Shown: positions 1 through 11,315 of the stretch, piece by piece
How the letters are laid out: each line of letters begins with the position of its first letter
Position numbering within the stretch: position 1 is the first letter of the stretch
Source: Mobula hypostoma
Taxonomy: Eukaryota
NCBI RefSeq assembly: GCF_963921235.1
Contig: NC_086097.1
Location: 120,530,001-120,594,000 of the forward strand
DNA length: 64,000 bases
Direction of reading: 5' to 3'
The notes under the pieces: generated by a model
The model's database searches: none
Seen by the model: the letters and a program-made list of their open reading frames with translations, nothing else
Told to the model about the DNA's origin: nothing
Program-made: the position numbers and the translations under genes

Positions 1-488
1 GGCAGAAACTCAATACATAAAATACTACAGATATGGACAAGAAGTTCAGACCGAACATCAGAATGGGGAAGAAATGTGATCTAAGTCACTTTGACTGTGG
101 AATGATTGTTGGTGCCAGACAGGATGATTTGTACATCTCATAAACTGCTGATCTCCTGGGATTTTTCACGCACGACGGTCTCTAGAGTTGACAGAGAATG
201 GTGTGAAAAAACCAAAAACATCCAGTGAGCAGCAATTCTGTGGGCAATAACGTCCTGTTAATGAGAGAAGTCAGGGGAGGATGGCCGGACTGGTTCCAGC
301 CGACAGGAAGGCTACAGTAACTCAAATAACTGCATGTCACAATAGTGGTGTACAGAAGAGTATCTCTGGACACCCAACACATCAGGTCCTGAAGTGGATG
401 GGCTACAGCAGCAGAAAACCATAGACATACACTCAGGGGCCACTTCATTAGGTACAGGAGCTACCAGGTAAATTTGTCACTGAGTTTA
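1..488 (+). mobile_element. Non-autonomous Tc1-derived element, copy 1 (5' end lies outside the window)
   Basis: From 63 it reads MGKKCDLSHFDCGMIVGARQDDLYIS*TADLLGF, a decayed Tc1 N-terminal HTH. It ends in inner TIR 428-455 plus inverted outer TIR 461-488. Four more copies occur in the window. Confidence 0.85.
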
Positions 489-1214
489 CCTATGTTTCAG
501 TATAAATGTGGAAAATAAACCTGAATCTAAATACGACTCTTCTTTTATTGTTTGGAGATCAGCTTGCTATTTATTCTACTGTTTTCTCCTGACTCCATGT
601 ATCCTAAACTTGTTATGACACATTCAGCAAGGGTCTGTCTTGATGACTTTAAATCATGTTCTTGAAAGGCTGATTGATGATCACCAATATTTCCCGAGGT
701 TATGGTCATCGACTGTAAAATAGCATTCACAGACTGGGTCTGTGAACAAATAGCATGAGGCAAGGAGGCGACAATAGATTTGACAGAGCAGGCTATTAGC
801 ATTTTGAAGTTTCTTTTTAGGAGCCTGAGAAAATGAGCTGGAGTCTTGTCGTGCAGCTCAGCAAGAGTTACTGGAATTAATGTGCTTTCCTGTGCACTGC
901 GTAATATTGCTGTCTGAGGAAGAACACTATTTCAAAAAGCCAATGAGGATGATGAGGAAGAAGAAAATAGTGTCAGGAGGAGCTGGCACAGATCGGTGAA
1001 GTGATTCATCAGCTCAGTTAGAGGAGAAAAGCACCATCTTATTATCAAATGGATTTTTTAAATAACATTGTACAATAAAGGTAAAATGCATTCTCCGTTA
1101 GCTGGAAAATACATACATCCTTCTGTCCCACTGAGAACTGCATTTGCAAAAGCACCAGCTCTTAGCTTTCTGACTCATTAATTCAGATGGATGTTCATAA
1201 GGTTGTTTTCTGTC

Positions 1215-1757
1215 TAAAGTCAAAGGTAAGTTTGTGGTCATACGCACAATTACAATTCATACAGGTGCAATGATAAATTTACCTGCAGCAGCAAGATGGG
1301 AACTCTGCATCAGATAAGTAACATTCACAATGGAAGTACGTAAGCATAAGTGATACATAATCATTATAAGAAAGAACATACTTAGCGCAAACTATCCAGA
1401 AAAGTCCATTTTAGTGCAAATTGATCAAAGTTGTCAGTTTTGTAGTGTTAAGGCTTGTACCATTTGGTTCAAGAATCGAACGGTGGAAGGGAAGTAACTG
1501 TTTTCGAACCTTAAGGTATAGAAGTCCAATGGAAGAGAAGTCGACATGGCCCAGATGGTGAGGATATTCAATGATAAGTGTTGTCTTCTTGAGGCGGGAC
1601 CTCCTGTAGATACTACGGATAGGATGTAGGGATGTAGCCGTGATGTATTTGGCAAAGTACACTACTCTCTGTAGGTTCCACACACTTGAATCACCATATG
1701 AAACCATGCCAAAACGAGTCAAGAAACTTTCAATAGCACATTTGTATGATTTTTCCA
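1215..1757 (-). mobile_element. Old Rex1/Babar-type LINE 3' fragment
   Basis: Minus ORFs contain IIEYPHHLGH and FENSYFPSTVRFLN, the C-terminal motif shared with other copies, followed by a 3' UTR and tail. Confidence 0.65.
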
Positions 1758-2035
1758 ATGATAAAAATCAATATAGATACTAATTATCAGTAGTTCTCGT
1801 CAGCTTATGCTTTAACTCTGACTCCTCGTCTATTCACTTAATACCACACAGTACTAAGTTTGTGCATGTGACCATTCTGCTGACTGTTGATTGCTCATGA
1901 CTATTAGTACTATTGCCTTGTAATTGGTTGGTTTGCTATTGTGTTGTCTGTTATTGTATTGTCCTATGTTTTATGCTTGGCACCGACCCACAATCAGTTC
2001 TGGTATGTTTTACATATTGGCAATAAAGTGATTCT

Positions 2036-2136
2036 GAAACATAGAAACATAGAAAATAGGTGCAGGAGTAGACCATTCAGCCCTTCAAGCCTGCACCGCC
2101 ATTCAGTATGATCATGGCTGATCACCCAACTCAGAA
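2036..2136 (-). mobile_element. CR1 LINE 3' terminus
   Basis: GAAACATAGAAACATAGAAAATAGGTGCAGGAGTAG is the reverse complement of a CR1 3' end with a (TTCTATGT)n tail. Confidence 0.7.
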
Positions 2137-2311
2137 GTTCTCCAAAGGATGGGTCAATGAGTGTGCTGATGAATGTCTGTGTATTACCCCTGGAGTATTC
2201 AAGGTTTGAAGTGACGCTTGGCTCAGTGAAGCTACTAGTTCTGGGATTCAGGTGAGTATTGCTTACCACTTCATAGGCCAGTATATAGAACTTCTGGACA
2301 GAGGACGAGAG

Positions 2312-2687
2312 GTGACTTGACAGAGGTGTAAAAAATGATGAGAGAGGCATGGATCAAGTGCAAGCCAGAGTCTTATCATAGGGTGGAAATGGCTAATATC
2401 AGCGGGCCTAACTTTAAGGTGATTGGTGAAAAGCAGAGAGGGGATGTTGGAGACATTTTTTTAAACACAGAGTGGTGAGTGTGTGGAATGCATTACCAGG
2501 TGTGTTGGTAGAGGCAAATACATGAGAGGCATTTAAGAAACTCTTAGACAGGCACATAGATGATTGAAATATAGAAGAATGTGGAGAAGGGAAGCATTAA
2601 TTTAATCTTTGAGTTAGGTATAGGTCGGCAAAATATCGTGGACCCAAGGGCCTGCACTGTGCCGTAATGTTCTAAATTCATGTTCTG
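2312..2687 (+). mobile_element. CR1 LINE 3' fragment
   Basis: ACACAGAGTGGTGAGTGTGTGGAATGC (RVV..WN motif) and a GGGCCTG...TGTTCT 3' end, similar to the 9610-10854 CR1. Confidence 0.75.
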
Positions 2688-2911
2688 ACCTACAGTCGCT
2701 CAGATTCTGAATCTTGAGGTTGTTGACTGCATTTCCTCTCAGCAGAGAATGTGAAAGAGGGTTAAATTGCAACAGGCCAGTATGGCAACTGAATAAATAA
2801 TTCCAATTAAGTTCTGGTACCACTGTAAAAGTGTTACTTGACAAACTACCAATGAATATACTGAGGTAGCTGAAGTTTTCACTTCTGAAGACAACACTTT
2901 GTTTTGAATGT

Positions 2912-3092
2912 AAGAGATTCTGCAGATGCTGAAAATCCAGACCAAATTGTGGAAGAACTCAGCAGGTCCGGCAGTATCTATAAAGAGGAATAAACAGTCA
3001 GCATTTCAGGCTGAGACACTTATCAGAACTGGAAATGAAGGAGGAAGAATGAGAAGAAGGGGAGTGAGGAGGGTAAGGAATCCAAGCTAGCA
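2912..3092 (-). mobile_element. Penelope-like element terminal fragment with decayed hammerhead
   Basis: TCTGCAGATGCTG...GAACTCAGCAGG...CAGTCAGCATTTCAGGCTGAGACACTTATCAGAACT matches the family linked to a GIY-YIG remnant at 59485-60100. Confidence 0.75.
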
Positions 3093-3779
3093 AGTTAATT
3101 TTGAACTTCTTGCTTCATTGTCAGAAGGAAGGTGTGATACGTATATTCCCCAATGCTTGATACTTGTCCAGCTTTGCTGGGTAGAATAGAGCCTTCCCAG
3201 TAATCCATAAAATATGAAATCTGTCTCTATGGTATATATTTTCTGCCACTGTCTCGACCACTGAGATATGGACAGCACACACTCACAGTATATATTTGTT
3301 TTCTCCACTCCAGGTCTTTCATACCTTCTAATCAATGATGCTCCACACCTCAGGGATCCATCTGAAGTAATTTTAATGACTGAACACCACAGGAATAGTG
3401 CCAGAAAAAATAAAATATTTTACTGGATATCCATCTGATACTAAATATTGCATGTGCCCAACCTTGTTTTCTACAACCTGCCTTTGGTACCATGAAGATG
3501 AATATTAATGTCAATTATTAATGTTTGATTCAGACAAGTTGTTCAAATTCAGGCACCAGACAGCTCAAATATACACATTTCTGCACTTAAAACTTGACTT
3601 GATGTACCTTAGACTAGCTATAACACATATCACGAGAGAGAATATTTTGATTGTCTTCCTTTGATGATACTTGGTCTCAAGATTGAATTTTCTGATGCGT
3701 ACCATTGGAAACCAAGGCATGGAGATGGAATTTCAATTCATAAGCCATGGTGATTTGAAAAAAAAAGTTTCAGAAGCCC

Positions 3780-3950
3780 TGTATCAGAAGGACTTATCCT
3801 GAGACCAAAGGTGACAGAGAGAGGAAATGAAGACAAAAGATGGATGGCATCAAGAGGATGGTCAAGGTAGCTGTAGGAGTTAGTGGTTTTATAAAAGAAG
3901 ATGGAGACAGGAAGATCCTGTAAAGGAAGAGATGTGTCAAAGAGAGTTCA
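3780..3950 (-). pseudogene. Highly decayed Penelope-like RT C-terminal remnant
   Basis: Minus strand gives LP..DL.VSI and FYKTTNSYSYLDH-like text, resembling the Penelope LPFLD..YKPT.SH.YL motif. Confidence 0.4.
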
Positions 3951-4417
3951 GGTGAACAATTGTTTTATTTTCACAGCTTTATTTCCAGATCTTTTCACAA
4001 ACAGTAAGAAAAATAATTCTCTTGATAACTTTTCAAATCCTAAAGGGTGTTTATAATATACACTGCCTAAAAAATTATTCACCCCACCCCCCGGAAAGTT
4101 TTTATGTTTTATTGTTTTACAACATTGAATCACAGTGGATTTAATTTGGCTGTTTTGACACTGAACAACAGAAAATACTCTTTCACGTCAAAGTGAAAAC
4201 AAATTTCTACACTCTGGTCTAAATTTATTACAATGATTAAACACAAAATGATTGATTGCATAATTTCTCACCCCCTCCCAGTCACTATTTAGTAGATACA
4301 CCTTTGGCAGCAATTACGGCCTTGAGTCTGTGTGTATAGCTTTGCACATCGGAACATTGCAATTTTTCCCCATTCTTCTTTACAAAACTGTTCAAGCCCT
4401 GTTGAATTGAATGGGGA

Positions 4418-5282
4418 TCATGAGTGAACAGCTCTTTTCAAGTCCAGCCACAAACTGTCAACTAAATTGAGGTCAGGACTCTGACCTGGCCACTCCAGGA
4501 TGTTATCTTTGTTGTTTTTAAGCCATTGCTGTGCAGCTTTGTTTTTATGCTTAGGATTGATTTGCTGGAAGACAAATCTTCTCCTAAGTCGCAGTTCTCT
4601 TGCATACTGCATCAGGTTTGCTCCAGGATTTCCCTGTATTTTGTTGCATTCATTTTACCCTCTACCTTCACAAGCCTTTCAGGGCCTGCTGCAGTGAAGC
4701 ATCCCCACAGCATGATGCAGCCACCACCTTGCTTCACAGTAGGAATGGTGTGTTTCTGATGATGTGTAGTGTTTGGTTTATGCCAAACAGTGTTTAGTCT
4801 AATGGCCAAAAAGCTCAATTTTGGTTTCATCAGATCATAGAGCCTTCTTCCAGTTGACTTCAGAGTCTCCCACATGCCATCTGGCAAACTCAAGCTGAAA
4901 TTTCATGTGAATTTCTTTTGAACAGTAGCTTTCTCTTTGCCACTTCCATAAAGCAGTGACTGGTGAAGCACCCAGGCAATAGTTGCTGTATGTAAAGTTT
5001 CTCCCTTCTCAGCCACTGAATCTTGTGACTTCTCCAGAGTTCTCATAGATCTCTTGGTGGCCTCCCTCACTAGTCCCTTTCTTGCATGGTCACTCAATTT
5101 TTGAGGACAGCCTGCTCGAGGCAGATGTACAGCTGTGCCATATTCTTTAATTTCCTGATGATTGACTGAATTATACTCCAAGCGATATTCAGTGACTTGG
5201 AAATTTTCTTCCACCCATCTCATGACTTGTGCTTTTCAATAATCTTTTTCCAGAGTAGCTTGGAGTGCTCTTTTGTCTTTAT
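4418..5282 (-). pseudogene. Frameshifted Tc1 DD34E transposase
   Basis: Three minus ORFs carry KEYGT..LPRAG.PQKLS, TVKQGGGCIMLWGCF, FVFQQ.NPKH and LEWPGQSPDLN. The start codon appears decayed to ATA near 5282. Confidence 0.9.
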
Positions 5283-5333
5283 AGTGTAGTTTTTACCAGG
5301 ATACTGACTCACCAGCAGTTGGACCTTCCAGAT

Positions 5334-5894
5334 AGGTCCTTCATAGGTCCTTTAAAGAGGTCCTTTAACATCTGTCGGACGACGCTGAGGATGTTCTATG
5401 AGTCTGTGGTGGCCAGTGCTATCATGTTTGCTGTTGTGTGCTGGGGCAGCAGGCTGAGGGTAGCAGACACCAACGGAATCAACAAACTCATTCGTAAGGC
5501 CAGTGATGTTGTGGGGATGGAACTGGACTCTCTGACGGTGGTGTCTGAAAAGAGGATGCTGTCCAAGTTGCATGCCATCTTGGACAACGTCTCCCATCCG
5601 CTACATAATGTACTGGTTGGGCACAGGAGTACATTCAGCCAGAGACTCATTCCTGCGAGATGCCACACAGAGCGTCATAGGAAGTCATTCCTGCCTGTGG
5701 CCATCAAACTTTACAATTCCTCCCTTGGGGGGTCTGACACCCTGAGCCAATAGGCTGGTCCTGGACTTATTGCCTGGCATAATTTACATATTATTATTTA
5801 ATTATTTATGGTTTTATTACTATTTAATTATTTATGGTGCAACTGCAATGAAAACCAATTTCCCTCAGGATCAATGAAGTATCACTATGACTAT
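5334..5894 (+). mobile_element. 5'-truncated Rex1/Babar LINE inserted in the Tc1 5' region
   Basis: ORF end RSFNICRTTLRMFYESVVASA...TERHRKSFLPVAIKLYN is nearly identical to 47770-48310; (GACTAT)n tail; Tc1 sequence resumes afterwards. Confidence 0.92.
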
Positions 5895-6440
5895 ACAGCT
5901 GTATTTTTCCTATTATCAATTGAAACATCTTGCCTGCAGACATTATTTAATTAATTATGCGACTTCTAAAACCAATTGGCTGCATCAGTGATGATTAGAT
6001 GTGTCATATTAAAGGGTATGAATACATAACGCAATGAATTATTTTGTGTTTTACATTTGCTGAATACTTTTTATAGGCATTGTATGTTGATATAAGGAAA
6101 ACAGAAACATTTCCCATTTAGATGTGTTATGTCCTGGCCATAGCACGTGCTCTGAACCTGAGACTTCACTGCTGTGATAAGGTGAAGAGATTTGGGATAT
6201 GTTGTAAATAATTCTCGTCTGGGTATCAATTCCAAAATTCTGACAATAGCATTGTTCTCTAGCTGAGCTGTCAGTCTAAGACAGAGAGGCTTCCTGCTGG
6301 ATTGGTAATTAGTCCTTTTGTTGTTAGGGAGTGCTGTGTCAAGAATAATATAATGCTGGCTGCAGTTAAATCTCAGGAAGGAATGGTATTTAGCCAAGCA
6401 TAAATTCAAAACCACAGTTTTTGGCTGAATCACACACAAA

Positions 6441-6910
6441 GCCTCCCCTCTCCCTCACCATTAAGCATGTTTACAAGGAATGCTGCCACAAGAAAGCAGC
6501 ATCTGTCATCAAGGACCCCCACTATCCAGGTCACACTCTCTTCTTGCTACTACCATCGGGCAGGAGGTAAAAGAACCTTAGGTCCCACACCCCACCAGGA
6601 TCAGGAAGAGTTATTACCCTCCAAACATCAGACTTCTGAACTGGCATGGATAACATCACTCACCTCAGCACTGAACTGATTTCACAACCTTTCGAGGGCC
6701 CTACAACTCATGTTCTCATTAGTCTTTTTTGTTATTGTTATTACTTGCATGACTTTGTGTCCTTTTGCATATTGCTTGTTTGTCAGTATTTACTTTTGCA
6801 TAAATTCTATTATATTTATTTTCCTGTGAACACCTGCAAGAAAATGAATCATAAGGTAGTATATGAGGATATCTATATACATTGATAATAAAGATACATC
6901 ACTTGGACTT
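6441..6910 (+). mobile_element. Rex1/Babar-type LINE 3' fragment (older family)
   Basis: AAAGCAGCATCTGTCATCAAGGACCCC...TACCATCGGGCAGGAGG (KAASIIKDP..LPSGRR motif), followed by a 3' UTR and ACTTGGACTTT tail. Confidence 0.75.
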
Positions 6911-7135
6911 TTAGGTCTGGAGATAATGTTTCCTGTTATATGTGGCGATCAAGATATTTTAGGAAATTGCTGCAGTCCAAATGAAACAGTGGAGTATTAT
7001 TCCATTTATCTTACTCTACCCATGTGTGCAGCAAGTCCCTACAACAGTATCGAAACAAAGCCTTTATCAGACAAAGTAACTAGAGAGGAACTTTAGTGAA
7101 ATTAAACAGCAAGTTTTCTGTTTGTGGTAGAAATC

Positions 7136-7636
7136 TATACTCAGTGGCCACTTTATTAGGTACCCCTGTACCTAAGTTTAAAGGTACTCTTCTATACTCC
7201 AGTGTTGTAACACATATTTGTTTAAGTTACTATAGCTTTCCTGTCAGCTTGAACCAGTCTGGCCATTCTCTGCTGACCACTCTCATTAACAAGATATTTT
7301 TGCCCACAGTATTGCCATTCACTGGATTTTTTTTTTTTGTTTGTTTTTTGCACTATTTTTTGTAAATTTTAGAGATAGTTGTACATGAAAGTCCCGGAAT
7401 CAAAAGTCTCTGAGATACTCAATCAACACTGTCTGGCACCAACAATCTTTCTGCGGTCAAAGTCACTTTGATCACATTTCCTCCCCATTCTGGTGTTTGA
7501 CCTGAACAACAACAGAACCTCTTGACCATGTCTGCTTGCTTTTATGTATTGAGTTGCTGACACATGATTGGGTGATTAGATATTTGCATTAGTAAGCAGG
7601 TGTACAGGTGTACCTAATAAATTGACCACTGAGTAT
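7136..7636 (-). mobile_element. Non-autonomous Tc1-derived element, copy 2
   Basis: TIRs TATACTCAGTGGCCACTTTATTAGGTAC and GTACCTAATAAATTGACCACTGAGTAT; interior is the reverse complement of copy 1. Confidence 0.85.
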
Positions 7637-7949
7637 TATGCTCTATTCCTTACAGTGAGAGATTTCCGTGAGCAGTGCCCCAGAAACAACATAAATAAGT
7701 CTATGGAAGTGCAAAAATAAATGGAAATCAGGAAGATCTGTAAAAGAATGATATAGTACTTGTTGAACTTCGCCCTACACAGCAGTGTAACAACAGAATC
7801 TTGATCTATGTGTTGTTCTAAGGCAATCAAAGCAAGACAGACATCAGCTGCTATTAGTAGAATACCGTGATATAATATGTATGAAACTTGTCAGTCTTCT
7901 GGAGTAAGGAGATAACGTTGAGAATCACATTCCAGGATGGAGGAATATG

Positions 7950-8082
7950 ACTTTCAAATCTCTTACTAACTCTTCCTTCAGTTAGTCCTGACGAAGAGTC
8001 TCGGCCTGAAACGTCGACTGTACCTCTTCCTAGAGATGCTGCCTGGCCTGCTGTGTTCACCAGCAACTTTGATGTGCATTGT
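7950..8082 (+). mobile_element. 133-bp Penelope-like terminal insertion with 12-bp TSD
   Basis: TGGAGGAATATG is duplicated at 7938-7949 and 8083-8094; the body matches the Penelope terminal family. Confidence 0.85.
7984..8019 (+). ncRNA. Minimal type-I hammerhead ribozyme motif
   Basis: AGUC-CUGACGA-AGAGUCUCGGCCU-GAAACGUC-GACU: stem I AGUC/GACU, core CUGANGA and GAAA, palindromic ACGU, GUC cleavage triplet. Stem II has a mismatch. Confidence 0.75.
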
Positions 8083-8222
8083 TGGAGGAATATGTGTTGA
8101 GAAATTCACTGTATCTCGATGCTATCACTGCAAGGGCTTTGAAGGGAAGGACCACAGTCTATGCTCCTGCCACTGCTGAACACTGAGGGACTGGGTCAAC
8201 CTCTCAAGCACTATATGTGTGT

Positions 8223-8830
8223 TGTTATGAGGGGAAAGGTGAGAGGCTTTCAATAAGATAATGTTTCATTCTGGGCCCAAGAGGCTTATTGCTAACCTTA
8301 GCTTTCCAGCACTACATCATGACCTCTCCAAAGGGTCAGAGTTGTTTGCCACAAAGTTAAACTTCAAACCAATATTCCTTACTTGGCTTCTTGTTTTAAA
8401 CAAGACCCAGTCTTCTGTTCTTAATGTAAATTGCAAACATTAATCAGTCTGAAGTTTAAAGGACAGCTTTGCAAATAAATAGTACAACCTACCTCGAGCC
8501 AGGCAACTACGGCTGCGTTATTTGCATTATTGTGTGATAGAGATCAAGGAAAGTCTCAAACCAGACTTATTTCTTCACTTAGTGCATCAAGCACAGTCAA
8601 GGGCATAATCAATCAATGGTTGGGACATTTGAGTACTCAGAGAGTCAGCCCTCACCGCATTAATTTTGAGTGTTGGGATTTCTATCCCCAGAAGCTTTTA
8701 GACCATCTATGTGAATTATTTTGTCCCAGCAAAGGCAGCTGAAAAATACCACATGCAAAGAATGTCAACTAATAGTAAAACAGCATAAATGTTAGAAATT
8801 ATTAGGACAGGAATGACAGGAAGATGGGGT
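8223..8830. repeat. Unclassified dispersed repeat (related to 29240-29890 and 44740-44850)
   Basis: Shares the blocks GTTCTTAATGTAAATTGCAAACA.TAATCAGTCTGAA.TTTAAAGGA and CATTAATTTTGAGTGTT...CCAGAAGCTTTTAGACCA with 29390-29740. Confidence 0.7.
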
Positions 8831-9139
8831 GAGAGAAAGAAAAACTAGAATTCATTTTTCAAAATTCAGTTACTGCTACATATGAATCATTTGATTGCAA
8901 CTCATTGGCATGTTCTTCTAGTTCATAAAAATCATGCCTGTGTTTAGAAATATTTTGTAGTTTATAAATCTTTTTAAATTCAGATATCTTTCATAAGTAA
9001 GAAATGTTCTGAGTTTTAAATGTGTGTAAAGAAATATTTGTCTGAATTTAAACATTCTGCTCTCCAATGGACATTAAATTGGAGTCGGATGTAGTCCAAC
9101 AAAATACTCGGCGGGAGTACAGAAACGGACGTGATGCTG

Positions 9140-9453
9140 GACGCCGACATTCAGCTGTTTATTTATGCAACAGCTTTTTCCCCAAGCCATCGGACTACCA
9201 ACCTATTGTCCTCCACTGTGCCTATTGTCTTGTTTATTATTTATTGTAATGCCTGCACTGTTCTGTGTACCTTATGCAGTCTTGCGTAGGTCTGTAGTCT
9301 AGTGTAGTTTTTATGTTGCTTTACGTAGTTCAGTGTAGTTTTTGTATTGTTTCATGTAAAATCATGGTCCTGAAAAACGTTGTCTTGTTTTTACTGTGTA
9401 CTGTACCAGCAGATATGGTCAAAATGACAACAAAAAGTGACTTGACTTGACTT
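9140..9453 (+). mobile_element. LINE 3' fragment with (GACTT)n tail
   Basis: AACAGCTTTTTCCCCAAGCCATC (NSFFP.AI motif), a 3' UTR and GTGACTTGACTTGACTT. Confidence 0.65.
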
Positions 9454-9609
9454 AATGATTAAAATGAAAATAAACTGTGTTTAAAATACTTCATTAGCTG
9501 GAAGTATCTCGTCCTTGGTAGGAAGGTGGAACCCCCTCAAATTGTGGGTATTGGCAGCTAAACCTTGCTACAGAGTCTAGACAAGGAAGTATGCTAGTCT
9601 TTCATGTGT

Positions 9610-10854
9610 TGAGGAAATTACCAGTAGGTTAGACAAGGGAGATGCAGTGGATGTTGCATATTTGGATTTTCAGAAGGCCTTTGACAAGGTGCCACACATG
9701 AGGCTAATTAACAAGATAAGACCCATGGAATTACGGGAAAGTTACATACGTGGATAGAGCATTGGCTGATTGGCAGGAAACAGAGAGTGGGAATAAAGGG
9801 ATCCTACTCTGGTTGGCTGCCGGTTACTAGTGGTGTTCCACAGGGATCAGTGTTGGGGCCACTTCTTTTTACATTGCACATCAACGATTTGGATAATGGA
9901 ATAGATGGCTTTGTAGCTAAGTTTGCTGACGATACGAAGGTAGGTGGAGGGGCCGGTAGTGCTGAGGAAACGGCGAGTCTGCAGAGAGACTTGGATAGAT
10001 TGGAAGAATGGGCAGAGAAGTGGCAAATGAAGTACAATGTTGGAAAGTGTATGGTTATGCACTTTGGCAGAAAAAATAAACAGGCAGACTATTATTTAAA
10101 TAGGGAAAGAATTCAAAGTTCTGAGATGCAACGGGACTTGGGAGTCCTCATACAGGATACCCTTAAAGTTAACCTCCAGGTTGACATCAGTAGTGAAGAA
10201 GGCGAATGCGATGTTGGCATTCATTTCTAGAGGAATAGAGTATAGGAGCAGGGATGTGATGTTGAGGCTCTATAAGGCGCTGGTGAGACCTCACTTGGAG
10301 TACTGTGGGCAGTTTTGGTCTCCTTATTTAAGAAAGGATGTGCTGACGTTGGAGAGGGTACAGAGAAAATTCACTAGAATGACTCCGGGAATGAGAGGGT
10401 TAACATATGAGGAACGTTTGTCCGCTCTTGGACTGTATTCCTTGGAGTTTAGAAGAATGAGGGAAAACCTCCTAGAAACATTTCGAATGTTAAAAGGCAT
10501 GGACAGAGTGGATGTGGCAAAGTTGTTTCCCATGATGGGGGAGTCTAGTTCAAGAGGGCATGACTTAAGAATTGAAGGGTGCCCATTCAGAACAGAAATG
10601 CGGAGACATTTTTTTAGTCAGAGGGTGGTGAATCTATGGAATTTGTTGCCACGGGCAGCAGTGGAGGCCAAGTCATTGGGTGTATTTAAGGCAGAGATTA
10701 ATAGGTGCCAGGGCATCAAAGGTTATGGTGAAAAGGCGGGGGAGTGGGACTAAATAGGAGAATGGATCAGCTCATGATAAAATGGTGGAGCAGACTCGAT
10801 GGGCCGAATGGCCTACTTTTGCTCCTTTGTCTTATGGTCTTATGGTCTTGTGGT
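9610..10854 (+). mobile_element. 5'-truncated CR1 LINE (RT region to 3' end), one frameshift
   Basis: [57 protein letters not shown]; (CTTATGGT)n tail. Confidence 0.95.
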
Positions 10855-10897
10855 GTAGGTTGATGCAATATAACCTTCTTATACTGAGCGTACCCAT

Positions 10898-11165
10898 AGA
10901 TCAGAATCAGAATCAAGTTTAATATCATTGGCATAAGTTGTGAAATTAGTTGTGTAGTAGCAGTACTTTGTAAAACATTAAAAATGTTAAATTACAATCA
11001 GAAAATATATATATACTGTATAGATAAATTAAATAAGTAGTGTGGAAAGACAGCAAAAAAAAAACAAAAAAGTATTGAGCTAGAGTACTTGGGCTTATTG
11101 ACCATTCAGAAATCTGGTGATACAGGGGAAGAAGTTATTCTGAAAACCTGACCCCTCCTTCTTGA
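10898..11165 (-). mobile_element. LINE 3' UTR fragment with (GATTCT)n tail
   Basis: AGATCAGAATCAGAATC start and shared text with 33040, 35988, 49025 and 56550. Confidence 0.65.
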
Positions 11166-11210
11166 TGTTACTTATATCGGACAGGGCTTAAAATCTCCTT
11201 TTGAATTTAG

Positions 11211-11315
11211 GCAACACACGCAAAACCTTGAAGGCACTCAGCAGGCCAGGCAGCATCTACGGAAAAAAGAACAGTCGATGTTTCAGCCCAAGACACTTCT
11301 CCAGGACTGGAGAAA
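11211..11315 (-). mobile_element. Penelope-like terminal fragment with decayed hammerhead
   Basis: Minus strand AGTCCTGGAGAAGTGTCTTGGGCTGAAACATCGACT; core is mutated to CUGGAGA. Confidence 0.75.

Larger units (their letters stand above)
4061..6082 (-). mobile_element. Tc1/mariner (IR/DR-type) DNA transposon, decayed, containing a LINE insertion
   Basis: Left TIR CACTGCCTAAAAAATTATTCA (4061) matches right TIR reverse complement CAATGCCTATAAAAAGTATTCA (6082). TA lies on both sides (4059-4060, 6083-6084). Transposase remnants are inside. Confidence 0.92.

Noticed and set aside
821..1000. Acceptor-like TTCTTTTTAG followed by ENELESCRAAQQELLEL-like text
   Set aside because: All three frames from the acceptor stop early and no good donor is present.
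2148..2257. Possible exon ending in CAG|GTGAGT
   Set aside because: Weak acceptor that abuts a CR1 tail, unrecognised peptide, no partner exon.
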